From: Opitutia bacterium
GTDB taxonomy: Bacteria > Verrucomicrobiota > Verrucomicrobiia > Opitutales > Opitutaceae
NCBI GenBank assembly: GCA_947478395.1
Contig: CANJVR010000008.1
Location: 32,001 to 96,000, forward strand
Direction: 5' to 3'
DNA length: 64,000 bases
A program made the translations under genes and the position numbers. Within the stretch, counting starts at the first letter, position 1; each line of letters begins with the position of its first letter. The notes under the pieces were generated by a model. That model did not search any database and was not told where the DNA came from. It saw only the letters and a list, made by a program, of their open reading frames with translations. This document shows, piece by piece, positions 29,536-38,839 of this stretch.

Positions 29536-30343
29536 GAAATTCCGCGACGATGCGCCCCGGGTGAAACTCTCCACGGCGCGGAACGACGCGGCGGACAACG
29601 AGCCGGTCATCGCCGATGTCGACCGCCCAGGCGCCGAACGGGCGGCTGAAGGATCCGGTGTTGATCACCGTGACGCCGGACCGCGTGGTCCAGCAGCCGG
29701 GTTGGTGGAGATGACCGATCAGCGCGAATTTTGCGGCGGGACGGTGCACAGCGGTGATCGCGGCCGCGCGTTCCGGGGTCTCGCGCCACGCCTGCAGAAT
29801 GCTCAAGGCCCGCGAGGGCGGCCACATCGTATCGGCCGCCAGACGCAGCGCGTGTTTGAAGGGGTTGGGTTCCGCTTGATGGCGTTGCGGAATCGACGCG
29901 CACACGCGGCGAAAAAGTTGGAGACGCGGCTCGAGCTGCTGGCGTTCGGACTCTGGCATTTGGGCCAGCCCGGCCTGGATGCGGTCCGAGATCGTCGCGG
30001 CGTCCCGGCTCCACGGGACGATGTTTTCGAAAATGATATCGCCGTGCGTCACGAAGACCCGACCGGCCGCCAGATCGATTGCGTGATACGGGGAAATATC
30101 CGGATCATGATTGCCGGTGACAAACGTGACCGGGCCCGAGCTGCGGTTGAAAAACTCGGTGACGGCTGCCAGGTCGCGCGCGGTCGCCGCCGCGTGCGGG
30201 CCAATGCGGGTGTCGATCGTGTCGCCGTTGAGAATCACGCGGTCGACGTCAGCCAGCAAAGGCCGCAATTGCCCCAGCGAACGCACGGTGCTCATCCGGT
30301 CGCCGTAGTGAATGTCGGAGAAAATGCGGATGAGTGCGGCCAC
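29528..30343 (-). CDS. Calcineurin-like metallophosphoesterase
   Basis: SDIH, NGDTID, TGNHD, THGD, GHLH, NTGS; start uncertain (GTG 30343). Confidence 0.88.
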   Translation of the reverse strand: MAALIRIFSDIHYGDRMSTVRSLGQLRPLLADVDRVILNGDTIDTRIGPHAAATARDLAAVTEFFNRSSGPVTFVTGNHDPDISPYHAIDLAAGRVFVTHGDIIFENIVPWSRDAATISDRIQAGLAQMPESERQQLEPRLQLFRRVCASIPQRHQAEPNPFKHALRLAADTMWPPSRALSILQAWRETPERAAAITAVHRPAAKFALIGHLHQPGCWTTRSGVTVINTGSFSRPFGAWAVDIGDDRLVVRRVVPRRGEFHPGRIVAEFPL

Positions 30344-30529
30344 GGTAAAAGGGCAATAAAAACGCCGGGCCAAAGAGCGGCAACGCTTTTGGCGGACAAC
30401 AAAAAGGTCGCGGCGAAAACTGCGGCCGGAACGACCGACGCGTGCGCGGAAGAAGGCGGGGATAAATTTTCACGTGGGCCCAGAATTAAAAAATGGGACG
30501 GCGCAGACCATAATCCTTGGTTTCGGGTC

Positions 30530-30558
30530 TTGCCTGCGTGACGACGGCGGCGTGAATT
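30530..30558 (+). promoter_or_regulatory. Putative sigma70-type promoter giving a leaderless transcript
   Basis: TTGCCT-N17-TGAATT-N7-ATG(30566), no Shine-Dalgarno. Confidence 0.45.
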
Positions 30559-30565
30559 TCGGCGC

Positions 30566-31066
30566 ATGGCTCTCTACGGTTCGCTTTCCACCCTGCGCGC
30601 TCAATTGACCCGGCCGGAACATTTCGCGGCGGCGTTTGCCTTCGTCGAGGAAGCCGGTCGTGCGGGCAGTGCGGCGCATCGGCAACTCTTTGGGCTCGCC
30701 GCGGGCCAGACCGAGCGCACCGAGCTGGCGGGCGGCGCGTTTGCCCTCTCGCAGGTTTATCTGACCAAGCCGCGCGCGGAGGGAAAGTGGGAGACGCACC
30801 GCGCCTACATCGATGTCCAGGCGGTATACGCTGGTGACGAGACCATGGAGATCGCCGATCGCGACCGGCTCGTGCTGGCCGAGGATCTCACGCCGGCGCG
30901 GGACGTGATTTTTTATCAGCCGTTTGAGCGGGGCAGCGTCCTGCGTTTTGGGCCGGGTTCGGTAGGCGTTTATTTTCCGCCGGACGCCCACATGGGCGGC
31001 CTCGCGATTGCCGCGCCGGTGCTGGTGCGCAAGGTGGTCGTCAAGGTGCCGGTACTTTCGGCGTGA
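30566..31066 (+). CDS. YhcH/YjgK/YiaL (DUF386) family protein
   Basis: WETHRAYIDVQ...G.E, YFPPDAHMGG, VRKVVVKV. Confidence 0.9.
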   Translation: MALYGSLSTLRAQLTRPEHFAAAFAFVEEAGRAGSAAHRQLFGLAAGQTERTELAGGAFALSQVYLTKPRAEGKWETHRAYIDVQAVYAGDETMEIADRDRLVLAEDLTPARDVIFYQPFERGSVLRFGPGSVGVYFPPDAHMGGLAIAAPVLVRKVVVKVPVLSA

Positions 31067-31959
31067 ATTACCGCCACCATTTTCACGCCGGCAACTTCGC
31101 CGATGTGATGAAGCACGCGCTTCTCGTGCAGCTCGCGCGTGCTCTGCAGAAAAAGGAAAAAGGTTTTCTTTACCTCGACACGCACGCCGGCCGCGGGGCC
31201 TACGATTTGGAGGCGGCCGCTACGGGCGATTCGCTGGCGCGAACGCCCGAATGGCCGGAGGGCATCGGCCGCTTGTGGTCGGCGGCGCGCGACGTGGAGA
31301 ACGCGGAAGCGACGGGAGAAAAATTTCCGGCGTCGCTGGCGGACTATGTGGCGCTCGTCCGGGAGTTTGACCGCCGGGAGGGCAACCGTGCGCTTTTACC
31401 CCGTTACTATCCCGGTTCGCCGAGTCTGATCGATTTGATCGCGCGGCCACAGGAGAGGTTGATGTTGTGCGAGCGCCAGCCGGCGGAGGCGGCGGCGCTG
31501 CAGGAAAATTTTCAGTTCAAGCTCGGCGTGCGCGTGCGGGCGGGCGATGGCTACGCCTCGTTGCGGGCCATGCTCCCGCCGCCGGAGAAACGGGCGCTGG
31601 TGCTGATTGATCCTCCGTTCGAGGCGCAAGACGAGTGGGCGCAGATCGTGGCGGCGTTGAAGGAAGGGCTCCGCCGTTTTCCGAGTGGGGTGTACGCGAT
31701 CTGGTACCCGCTGACCGAGCGGGCGAAGGTGGATTTTTTCTTCGCGGAACTGCAGGCGCTCGATTTGCCGCCCACGCTCGCGGTGGAATTGGTGGTGAAT
31801 CCCGCGGCGTTAAAGATGAAAGGCTGTGGCTTGGTGATCGTGAATCCGCCGTGGCAGTTTGCCGGTGAGGCGGAGACGACAGTGAAATTTCTGGCCCGTG
31901 TGCTCGCGCAGGGCGCCGGTGCGCGGGGCGATGCGATCTGGCTCGTGTCCGAGAAGTGA
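31063..31959 (+). CDS. rlmJ: 23S rRNA m6A2030 methyltransferase
   Basis: NYRHHFHAGNFADVMKH, LDTHAGRG, YPGSP, LIDPPFE, AIWYP, NPPW. Confidence 0.95.
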   Translation: MNYRHHFHAGNFADVMKHALLVQLARALQKKEKGFLYLDTHAGRGAYDLEAAATGDSLARTPEWPEGIGRLWSAARDVENAEATGEKFPASLADYVALVREFDRREGNRALLPRYYPGSPSLIDLIARPQERLMLCERQPAEAAALQENFQFKLGVRVRAGDGYASLRAMLPPPEKRALVLIDPPFEAQDEWAQIVAALKEGLRRFPSGVYAIWYPLTERAKVDFFFAELQALDLPPTLAVELVVNPAALKMKGCGLVIVNPPWQFAGEAETTVKFLARVLAQGAGARGDAIWLVSEK

Positions 31960-31992
31960 GGCGGAGCGGGACGGAGTTGAGCGGAATCAGGG

Positions 31993-32112
31993 TTTTGGCC
32001 ACGAAGAGGCCCGAAAATTTCCAGGGTGCTGCAACGCGTCGATGCACCTACAGGCGCGCACGGGAAATGGTCAGAGGAGGTAAATAATTTTTGTGCCTCT
32101 TCATGGCCAAAA
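31993..32112. repeat. TTGGCCAC...TGGCCAA palindromic element
   Basis: ttttggccacgaagaggcccgaaaatt ... aatttttgtgcctcttcatggccaaaa. Confidence 0.7.
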
Positions 32113-32236
32113 ATTCCGGATGGATTGCAGGTTTAAAGTGCAGCGATGGGCATCGCGGTGCGGAAGGCCAAGGCCATGCGAGACAGGCCGGCCTCGTGCT
32201 GCCCGGCGCTGAGGTTGCGCTGGGCGGGCTCCGTTC

Positions 32237-32434
32237 TTAGCGCGACGCGGTGAAGTTCGTGACGGGCGCGACCAACGGAAATTCCGCTGCATCGACCGCC
32301 GGCGCGTTGATCCTCAAGGGCGGCGCGCGAAAGATGGGCCGGTTCCAAATCATATCTTCCCGCGTGACCATCTGAACGATGGCCGGCTTTTCAGCCGGCA
32401 GCTGAAGGCGAAAATTTGGAAGTGGAATAGGCAT
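32237..32434 (-). CDS. Possible 65-aa small protein
   Basis: ATG-started frame MPIPLPNFRLQLPAEKP... in an otherwise empty ~690-bp gap; no motif recognised. Confidence 0.3.
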   Translation of the reverse strand: MPIPLPNFRLQLPAEKPAIVQMVTREDMIWNRPIFRAPPLRINAPAVDAAEFPLVAPVTNFTASR

Positions 32435-32646
32435 GGCGGGGTACGAGACAGAGATCAGCTGAAAAAGTGCCCGCTGAATAAATTTTGAGATGAAAAAAAT
32501 CAACAGGGCTCGGTGCGCGTTGCGCAAAAAAGCGGCCTTGCGCCCTGCTTGGGCACCTCCATTAACGTTCAGTTTCCTCGTTTGCCCCACGAAAACCCCA
32601 GCGTCCATTCACGACGCATTCGGTCCTGCTTCAATCCTCCCTAAAT

Positions 32647-33903
32647 ATGAAACCATCCCGTCTCTTCGCGGCCAGTTGTGTCGCTTTGATTGTCACAGCC
32701 ATGAGTTTTGCCCTGCGTGCCAGTGCCGCGGGAGCGTGGGCCACTGAATTTAAGCTGTCGTTCACTCAGGTCGGAGTGGTCAACAGCACGGCCTTCTGGG
32801 GCTTTACCCTCGCGATCATTTTTGGTGGACCCCTGTGCGATGCGGTCGGCATGAAACGGATCATGTGGCTGGCGTGGTTGGGCCACGTTGCGGGTATTTT
32901 GCTCACAATTTTCGCTTGGAACTATTGGAGTCTGTTTGCCGGCACGTTGATTTTTGGCATCGCCAACGGCTCGGTCGAAGCGGTCTGCAATCCGCTGATC
33001 GCCTCGCTTTATCCGAGCGATCGCACCACGAAGTTGAATCACTTTCACTCGTGGTTCCCGGGCGGTATTGTGATCGGCGGCCTGACGGCGCTCGCCTTGG
33101 AGAAGTTCGGTTGGAAGGTACAGTTTGCAACGATGCTGATCCCGCTCGCGGTCTACGGCTTGATGTTTCTGGGGCAAACGTTCCCCCGCACGGAACGCGT
33201 GGAGCAGGGCGTGTCGACCGGTTCGATGTTCGGCGCCTGCCTCAATCCCATATTCCTCCTCATGGTCGCCTGTATGTTGATGACGGCCGCGACGGAGTTC
33301 GGTGCGCAGAATTGGATTCCGACGATTTTGAGCAATGCGGGGGTGTCTGGAACGCTCGTGCTGGTTTGGATCACCGGCCTGATGTGGGCAGGCCGGCAAT
33401 TTGCCGGCGTGTTCGTGCACCGCGTTTCGCCTCCAGGGATGCTGGTGCTGAGTGCGGTTTTGAGCGCGCTCGGTCTCTACGCGATGAGCAAATCCTCGGG
33501 CGTGCCGCTTTTTGGTGCGGCCACGGTATTTGCTTTGGGCGTCACGTTTTTCTGGCCCACCATGCTGGGAACGGTGAGCGAGCGTTTCCCGAAAACGGGC
33601 GCACTCGGTCTCGCGATCATGGGTGGCGCGGGCATGCTCAGCGCCAGTTACGTAGTGCCGTTGGTCGGCGCCTGGTTCGACAAGGCCATCGCGGTGCGCC
33701 TACCGGCGGGTCAGACGGTGGAAACTTTCTCGGCCGCGCCAGCCGGTAGCGCGCTGGCGACGCAGTGGACGCAACTTCAGGCCTCCGCAGGTTTGGAGGC
33801 GCTGGGCTCGCTGACGGTGATTCCAGCTGCACTCGCGATCGTATTTCTAGCTCTTCTTCTTTTGTGGCGCAACAAACCGGTCCCTTCCGTTTCCGCGTCC
33901 TGA
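32647..33903 (+). CDS. MFS transporter (sugar-type)
   Basis: About 12 TM segments, GGPLCDAVGMK, EAVCNPLIASLY, FFWPTMLG.VSERFPKTG. Confidence 0.9.
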   Translation: MKPSRLFAASCVALIVTAMSFALRASAAGAWATEFKLSFTQVGVVNSTAFWGFTLAIIFGGPLCDAVGMKRIMWLAWLGHVAGILLTIFAWNYWSLFAGTLIFGIANGSVEAVCNPLIASLYPSDRTTKLNHFHSWFPGGIVIGGLTALALEKFGWKVQFATMLIPLAVYGLMFLGQTFPRTERVEQGVSTGSMFGACLNPIFLLMVACMLMTAATEFGAQNWIPTILSNAGVSGTLVLVWITGLMWAGRQFAGVFVHRVSPPGMLVLSAVLSALGLYAMSKSSGVPLFGAATVFALGVTFFWPTMLGTVSERFPKTGALGLAIMGGAGMLSASYVVPLVGAWFDKAIAVRLPAGQTVETFSAAPAGSALATQWTQLQASAGLEALGSLTVIPAALAIVFLALLLLWRNKPVPSVSAS

Positions 33904-33934
33904 TGGTCTGATGACCCTGCTGGAACCCATTCAG

Positions 33935-33967
33935 AAATAGCCCGCCGCAAGGCGGGCTATTTTTTTT
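33935..33967 (+). terminator. Intrinsic terminator
   Basis: aaatagcccgcc-GCAA-ggcgggctattt plus T-run. Confidence 0.9.
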
Positions 33968-34079
33968 CGCTCAGCCGGATGGCCGCGCGGGCTCCGGGCC
34001 GTTGCAGAGCGGGTGAGACGTACGCCAGCTGTGAGGCTAAAGTACGCGTTCACGCGCTCTTCAAACGGTCGGAGCAAAG

Positions 34080-34487
34080 TTAGGCGGCGACCCGTTTGAA
34101 CGGATTTGCGGTTTCGCCGAACGCCGGAGCGCGTTTCGGCAAATTCACGGTGAGGACGCCGTCATGGACTTCGGCGGCCATCGCCGCGTAGTCGAAGCCG
34201 CCGCCCAACCGCAGGCGCAGCTGGTAGTCGCGTTGCGCGCTCTCAAGGTGGGCGGACTGCCAGTTCACGCGCACGAAATGAGCCTTTCGGGCGGTGATGA
34301 CCAAATCGGGTCCACGGGCTTCGATGTCGATGCCCGCGGCTTCCACGCCTGGCACGTACACGGCCAGTTTCACGCGATCAGGCTGGTCGCGGCAGTCGTA
34401 GTTCGGCTGGCGGAAAGCGTGCAGGTTGGCTGCTTCCGTTGGGCGAGTGCGACTGGCGGGACTGGGCGGACGGATGATCGTGTGCAT
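34080..34487 (-). CDS. Hsp20/alpha-crystallin family protein
   Basis: VYVPGV...IDIE...DLVITA, A.VHDGVLTVNLPKR. Confidence 0.88.
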   Translation of the reverse strand: MHTIIRPPSPASRTRPTEAANLHAFRQPNYDCRDQPDRVKLAVYVPGVEAAGIDIEARGPDLVITARKAHFVRVNWQSAHLESAQRDYQLRLRLGGGFDYAAMAAEVHDGVLTVNLPKRAPAFGETANPFKRVAA

Positions 34488-34587
34488 GGAAGGAAAATCT
34501 GAAATTTAAAATCTGAAATCGGAGCGTCGAAAAATTTTAACGGGAGAAAATTGGGAGGAGGGAAATGGTTTAAAGCGGTGGCTTCCT

Positions 34588-34783
34588 GGGACCTTTAGGG
34601 TTCCGGGCTTCTTGGTGGTCTAAACTCTTCCGTGAGTGCGGAGGTTTAGTTTAAGAAGCCCGCTGGGGTCGTTTTCTGGCTCCAATGGGAGACGACCGGG
34701 CGCATCTGGGCGCAGCACGTTTGCACGGCCTTCGTAAACGAAGTGCCGGCGTGGCTGCGGAGATGTTGTTGGGCCAAGGTCAT
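34588..34783 (-). promoter_or_regulatory. Putative leader: 45-aa uORF whose stop lies in a long hairpin upstream of hsp20
   Basis: uORF 34783-34646; 10-bp outer stem 34604-34613/34653-34662 plus inner stems. Confidence 0.4.
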
Positions 34784-34891
34784 GGGAGCGATTTCTCTGA
34801 CGAAACAATAAATGCAGGCCGCGTGCCAAGCCGCAAAAATTTTGTACGCGTGAAGATTGTGTGACGCGGCGCGCCCGACCAAAATGGTCGC

Positions 34892-35266
34892 ATGTCTTCT
34901 CTCTCCGATGCGACCACAACCGTGGACGAACTCAAAAATCGCGTGCTGGCCTTCGCGCGGGTCCGGGACTGGGAACAGTTTCATGCGCCCAAAAATCTCA
35001 GCATGGCGCTCGCAACCGAGGCTGGGGAGCTCATGGAGCACTTTCTTTGGGCCTCGCCGGAACAGTCGCGGCAGATCGTCGCTGACCCGGTCAAGCGGGC
35101 GAAAATCGCCGAAGAACTCGCGGATGTCGTCATCTACGCCTTGGAGTTCGCCAATATTACGGGCCTCGACGTGGCCGCGGCGATCGAAACTAAGATGGCG
35201 GCCAACGCCCAAAAATATCCCGTGGAAAAAGCGAAGGGCCGGTCCGACAAATATACGGAGCTGTAA
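34892..35266 (+). CDS. MazG-like nucleotide pyrophosphohydrolase (dCTPase-like)
   Basis: FARVRDWEQFHAPKNLSMAL..EAGELMEHF, EELADV, KM..N..KYP. Confidence 0.92.
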   Translation: MSSLSDATTTVDELKNRVLAFARVRDWEQFHAPKNLSMALATEAGELMEHFLWASPEQSRQIVADPVKRAKIAEELADVVIYALEFANITGLDVAAAIETKMAANAQKYPVEKAKGRSDKYTEL

Positions 35267-35269
35267 TCG

Positions 35270-35377
35270 AGAGCGTTTTAAGTTTTTCCGCGGCCTGCCG
35301 AAACGACGAGGCTGAACCCGGCAGGCAGGGACGCCTGCCGCTGCTTGGTTCGCGGCTACGCTTTGGTTAAACTGCTC
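35270..35377 (+). mobile_element. MITE-like element, copy C (both termini visible)
   Basis: agagcgttttaagtttttccgcggcc ... cggcaggcagggacgcctgccgct ... gctacgctttggttaaactgctc. Confidence 0.7.
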
Positions 35378-35384
35378 GCCGCCC

Positions 35385-36278
35385 TCAGCCCACCAGCGCG
35401 TTCGCCGTGTTCAGATGCTCGATGCCGGTATACTTTTGCGACTGCTCGTCGGCGTGATAACTTGATCTTACCATCGCGCCGCTTTCGACGACGCCGATGC
35501 CAAGGCCGAGGCCGAATTGTTTCCAGTGAGCGAACTCGTCCGGATGCGCCCACCGCTCGACCTTTAGATGCTGGGGCGTGGGCTGAAGATACTGCCCGAT
35601 GGTCAGGATGTCGGTCCGGTCGCTCGCGATGTCGCGCAGCGTTTGTTCGATTTCGGCCGGCTGCTCACCGAGACCGAGCATGATGCCGGTCTTCGTGGTG
35701 AAACCGCGGGACTTCGCGTGTTGGAGTACGCTGCGCGAGCGATCATAGCGGGCCTGCACGCGTACGGGCTTTTGCAGGCGCTCCACGGTTTCCAGGTTGT
35801 GATTGAAAATATCGGGCTTCGCGTCGAGGACGGTGTCGAGGTCGGTGAGTCGGCCTTTCCAATCGGGGGTAAGCACCTCGATCGCGGTCTGCGGATTGCG
35901 GTGACGGATGGCGCGGATGGTGGCAGCCCAGACGGCCGCGCCGCCGTCGGCGAGTTCATCGCGGGCAACACTCGTGATCACGCAATGGCGAAGTCCCATC
36001 TTGGCGACGGCATCGGCGACCCGCGCGGGTTCGCCGAGATCGAGTTCTGTGGGACGGCCGGTTTGGATCGCGCAGAAATTACAGGAACGCGTGCAGATGT
36101 TGCCGAGGATCATCAGCGTGGCCGTGCCGCGTGACCAACATTCGCCTAGGTTCGGACACTGCGCGCTCTGGCAGACCGTGTGGAGCTTGTGTTCGTCCAC
36201 GAGCGAACGGACGGCATGGTAGCCGGGGCCGCTGGGCAGTTTGGCGCGGAGCCAGGAGGGTTTGCGCGAGGTGTCCAT
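35385..36278 (-). CDS. lipA: Lipoyl synthase
   Basis: CQSAQCPNLGEC, CTRSCNFC, NHNLETV, GQYLQP, VRSSYHA. Confidence 0.97.
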   Translation of the reverse strand: MDTSRKPSWLRAKLPSGPGYHAVRSLVDEHKLHTVCQSAQCPNLGECWSRGTATLMILGNICTRSCNFCAIQTGRPTELDLGEPARVADAVAKMGLRHCVITSVARDELADGGAAVWAATIRAIRHRNPQTAIEVLTPDWKGRLTDLDTVLDAKPDIFNHNLETVERLQKPVRVQARYDRSRSVLQHAKSRGFTTKTGIMLGLGEQPAEIEQTLRDIASDRTDILTIGQYLQPTPQHLKVERWAHPDEFAHWKQFGLGLGIGVVESGAMVRSSYHADEQSQKYTGIEHLNTANALVG

Positions 36279-36362
36279 TTAGGAATGAAGAGAGGAGTTA
36301 ACCACGGATTGCACGGATGAACACGGCTTTTTTCTGTAAACAGAGTGGGCGAGGAAATCGCT

Positions 36363-37085
36363 TTACCGGGTTTTAGTCACGACTTCCGTCGCTAAAAACT
36401 CCGGGAGCGCCGACCAGAATTCCCGCCCGAGGACGCGTTTTACCTCTGCCAAATCGAGTTCATGGCCGAACTCGGCTTGCAACGACGTCACCGTGCCTTC
36501 GCCGGCGCTGATCCCGCACGGCACGATGCCGGCGAAATGGGGGAGGTGGGCGTTCACGTTAAGCGCGAAGCCGTGGTAAGTAACCCAGCGCTTCACGGCA
36601 ACGCCGACGGCGGCGACTTTGCGCGAGCCCAACCAGATGCCTGTGAGTCCGGGCCGGCGGCTCGCGGCGAGGCCGAGCGAACCGACCGCGTTGATCACGA
36701 CCTGCTCCAGAAAGCGAAGATAGGCGTGCAGATCCTTGTGCGTCGTGAGCGAGACGATGGGATAGCCGACAATCTGTCCCGGTCCATGATACGTGATGTC
36801 ACCACCACGGTTGGTTTTCGCGACCTCGACGCCGGCCTCGGCCAGCTGCGCCTCGTTCCAAACGAGATGCTGTTCCGCTCCGGCGCGCAGGCCGATCGTG
36901 AAAACCGGTTCATGTTCGGTAAACACGAGCGTGTCAGCGATGTCACCGGCAAGGCGGCGAGTCACGAGTTCAGCCTGCCGCTGTGAGGCGTCCGCATAAC
37001 GCGTGCGACCCCAGTCGAGCACGGGGCCCGGCGAGGTCGGTTTTGAAGCGGCGGCGATTTCAAGCACGGGGTTTACTGCACCCAT
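36363..37085 (-). CDS. lipB: Octanoyltransferase
   Basis: EHEPVFTIG, RGGDITYHGPGQIVGYP, KVAAVG, HGFALNV, IVPCG. Confidence 0.96.
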   Translation of the reverse strand: MGAVNPVLEIAAASKPTSPGPVLDWGRTRYADASQRQAELVTRRLAGDIADTLVFTEHEPVFTIGLRAGAEQHLVWNEAQLAEAGVEVAKTNRGGDITYHGPGQIVGYPIVSLTTHKDLHAYLRFLEQVVINAVGSLGLAASRRPGLTGIWLGSRKVAAVGVAVKRWVTYHGFALNVNAHLPHFAGIVPCGISAGEGTVTSLQAEFGHELDLAEVKRVLGREFWSALPEFLATEVVTKTR

Positions 37086-37145
37086 TTCAGGCTGCGGCGC
37101 AATCTCCCCCTTGCAGCCGGCATCAATCGATTTTTCGGGTGAACG

Positions 37146-38135
37146 CTAACGCCGGTAAACGACGGCGAGTTTTTTGATGGTTTCTTGGATGCTGTGCCGC
37201 AGTTCGGCTGGTGCGACCACTTCGGCCGACGCACCCCAACCGAGCACCCATTGTTCGATCTCGGTGAGCGCGCCGAGGCGCAGGTGCAGTTCTAGCCCGC
37301 CGCCCGGCAAATCGTGCATTTCCTGCGACTCGTGCCATTCGCGTTCGCGCACGCGTTCGGCGGCCGCGGCCGTGAAACGAATCGCCACGCGCCAGTCGCC
37401 GCGTCCCCCGAGCACGCCGAGGGCAGTGGCGAAAAATTTCTCCGGCGAGAAATCCGCCGGCCGCGTGAACTCCTCTTTGGTGTCGGCGACGTCGACGATG
37501 CGCGGCAGCGCAAACGTGCGCAGCGCCGCCCGCTCCAGGTCAAAGCCGATGAGATACCACAGATTTTCACGATGCGCCAAATGGTAGGGTTGTACCCGAC
37601 GCGTGGATTTTTTCGGATCGCCGGGTTTACGATACGCAAACGTCACGACCGTCTGACGGAGCACGGCACTGCTGAGGGCGTTGAAGATCGCGAGGTCGGT
37701 TTTACCCAGCCCGATGTTTTTGAAAGAAACGGCCCGCAACTCGTCGGCTGGCGAAAATGAGATCCGGTCTTTCAACCCGCCCGCAAGTTTCTCGAAGGCG
37801 ATCTCCAACTGCCGGTGAAATGGCGTGCCGCGGTATTGCTCCAGTGCGCGCTGGGCGACGAGCAAAGCGAGCAGTTCGCCCTCGGTCACATGGATCGTGG
37901 GAAAGGAGTTTACCGGCTGCGTATATCGGTACGCCTGAATCTGCGCGTCGAACTCGATGGGCAAATCGAGGCGGTCGCGCATGAACGCGATATCGCGCAC
38001 AATCGTCTTCCGCGAAACCTCCAGCGCCTTCACCAGCTTCGTGCAATTGACGAGGGCGCCGCGGCGCAGTTCGTCGTGGATCTTCATCATCCGCTCGAGC
38101 GGTGGGCGGGAAAGTTGGACGGGACGCAAGGGCAT
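37146..38135 (-). CDS. HTH-WYL-WCX transcriptional regulator (PafBC/DriD-like)
   Basis: wHTH LEVSRKTIVRDIAFMR, RRVQPYHL...WYLIG, RTFALPRI, WVLGWG...EVVAPAELR. Confidence 0.93.
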   Translation of the reverse strand: MPLRPVQLSRPPLERMMKIHDELRRGALVNCTKLVKALEVSRKTIVRDIAFMRDRLDLPIEFDAQIQAYRYTQPVNSFPTIHVTEGELLALLVAQRALEQYRGTPFHRQLEIAFEKLAGGLKDRISFSPADELRAVSFKNIGLGKTDLAIFNALSSAVLRQTVVTFAYRKPGDPKKSTRRVQPYHLAHRENLWYLIGFDLERAALRTFALPRIVDVADTKEEFTRPADFSPEKFFATALGVLGGRGDWRVAIRFTAAAAERVREREWHESQEMHDLPGGGLELHLRLGALTEIEQWVLGWGASAEVVAPAELRHSIQETIKKLAVVYRR

Positions 38136-38162
38136 GGGAAATTTCGAACCGATTTTTTAGCC

Positions 38163-38197
38163 TGGGCCAAGCAATGTCCCACCCGGAGGCGTAAATT
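38163..38197 (+). promoter_or_regulatory. Candidate WYL-regulator site plus -10 box
   Basis: TGGGCCA-N5-TGTCCCA imperfect palindrome, then N10-TAAATT-N6-ATG(38204). Confidence 0.5.
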
Positions 38198-38203
38198 GTA
38201 CGC

Positions 38204-38839
38204 ATGAACTCATCCTTCTCCCTTCGCCCTCGCAAGAAATGCCTCGTGCCTATCGCGCTCACCTGGTCGCACTCCGGGATCGCTTATCGCGTCACGCCCT
38301 GGCCCGAGGTTCGCTTCGAGCGCCTTTTCGGCCGCGACTGGATCGAAACCACACCGACAGAGGATGTCTTTGCATCGGCCGGCCATGTCTGCGGCCCGCT
38401 GGAATGGAAGCCGTACCTGGAGTTCGTGCCGGCGAACGTCCGGGAGTTTCTCGCGCAGTTCGTCTACACGAAAATGGAAGCGCTCCAGGTCGTTGCCCGC
38501 TGCCCCGAATTGCTCGCCCCTTTGACGGAAACGCCGGCGTTGACGTCGTTCATCGCCGGCCACGCCGGACTCCGCGGCGCCGCCGCGCCGTGCTGGGGCG
38601 AAATCAACGCGGTCTACGAACGCAACGGCGTCTTCGGCCTGCTCGAGTGGCTGGGCCTCGCCGCCTCACGCCAGACGCTCTCGATCCTGCATAATATCGT
38701 CCAGGCCGAAGTGCCAAAACGGCTGCTCGAGCCGCTGCGTGCGATGCTGTGGGACCCACACACGATTTTCGCGCTGCAACGGCTCCCGGCCATAACCGAT
38801 CAAACGCTCACGCGCACGGCGCACGCTCTGGCCGCGTAA
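38204..38839 (+). CDS. Hypothetical protein divergent from the WYL regulator
   Basis: 211 aa ORF, globular composition, GC-rich third codon positions, followed by a hairpin; no family recognised. Confidence 0.8.
   Translation: MNSSFSLRPRKKCLVPIALTWSHSGIAYRVTPWPEVRFERLFGRDWIETTPTEDVFASAGHVCGPLEWKPYLEFVPANVREFLAQFVYTKMEALQVVARCPELLAPLTETPALTSFIAGHAGLRGAAAPCWGEINAVYERNGVFGLLEWLGLAASRQTLSILHNIVQAEVPKRLLEPLRAMLWDPHTIFALQRLPAITDQTLTRTAHALAA

Noticed and set aside
37146..38839. WYL locus as an anti-phage defence island
   Set aside because: Flanked by lipB and lysS with no nuclease, restriction-modification, toxin or integrase genes and no visible composition shift.
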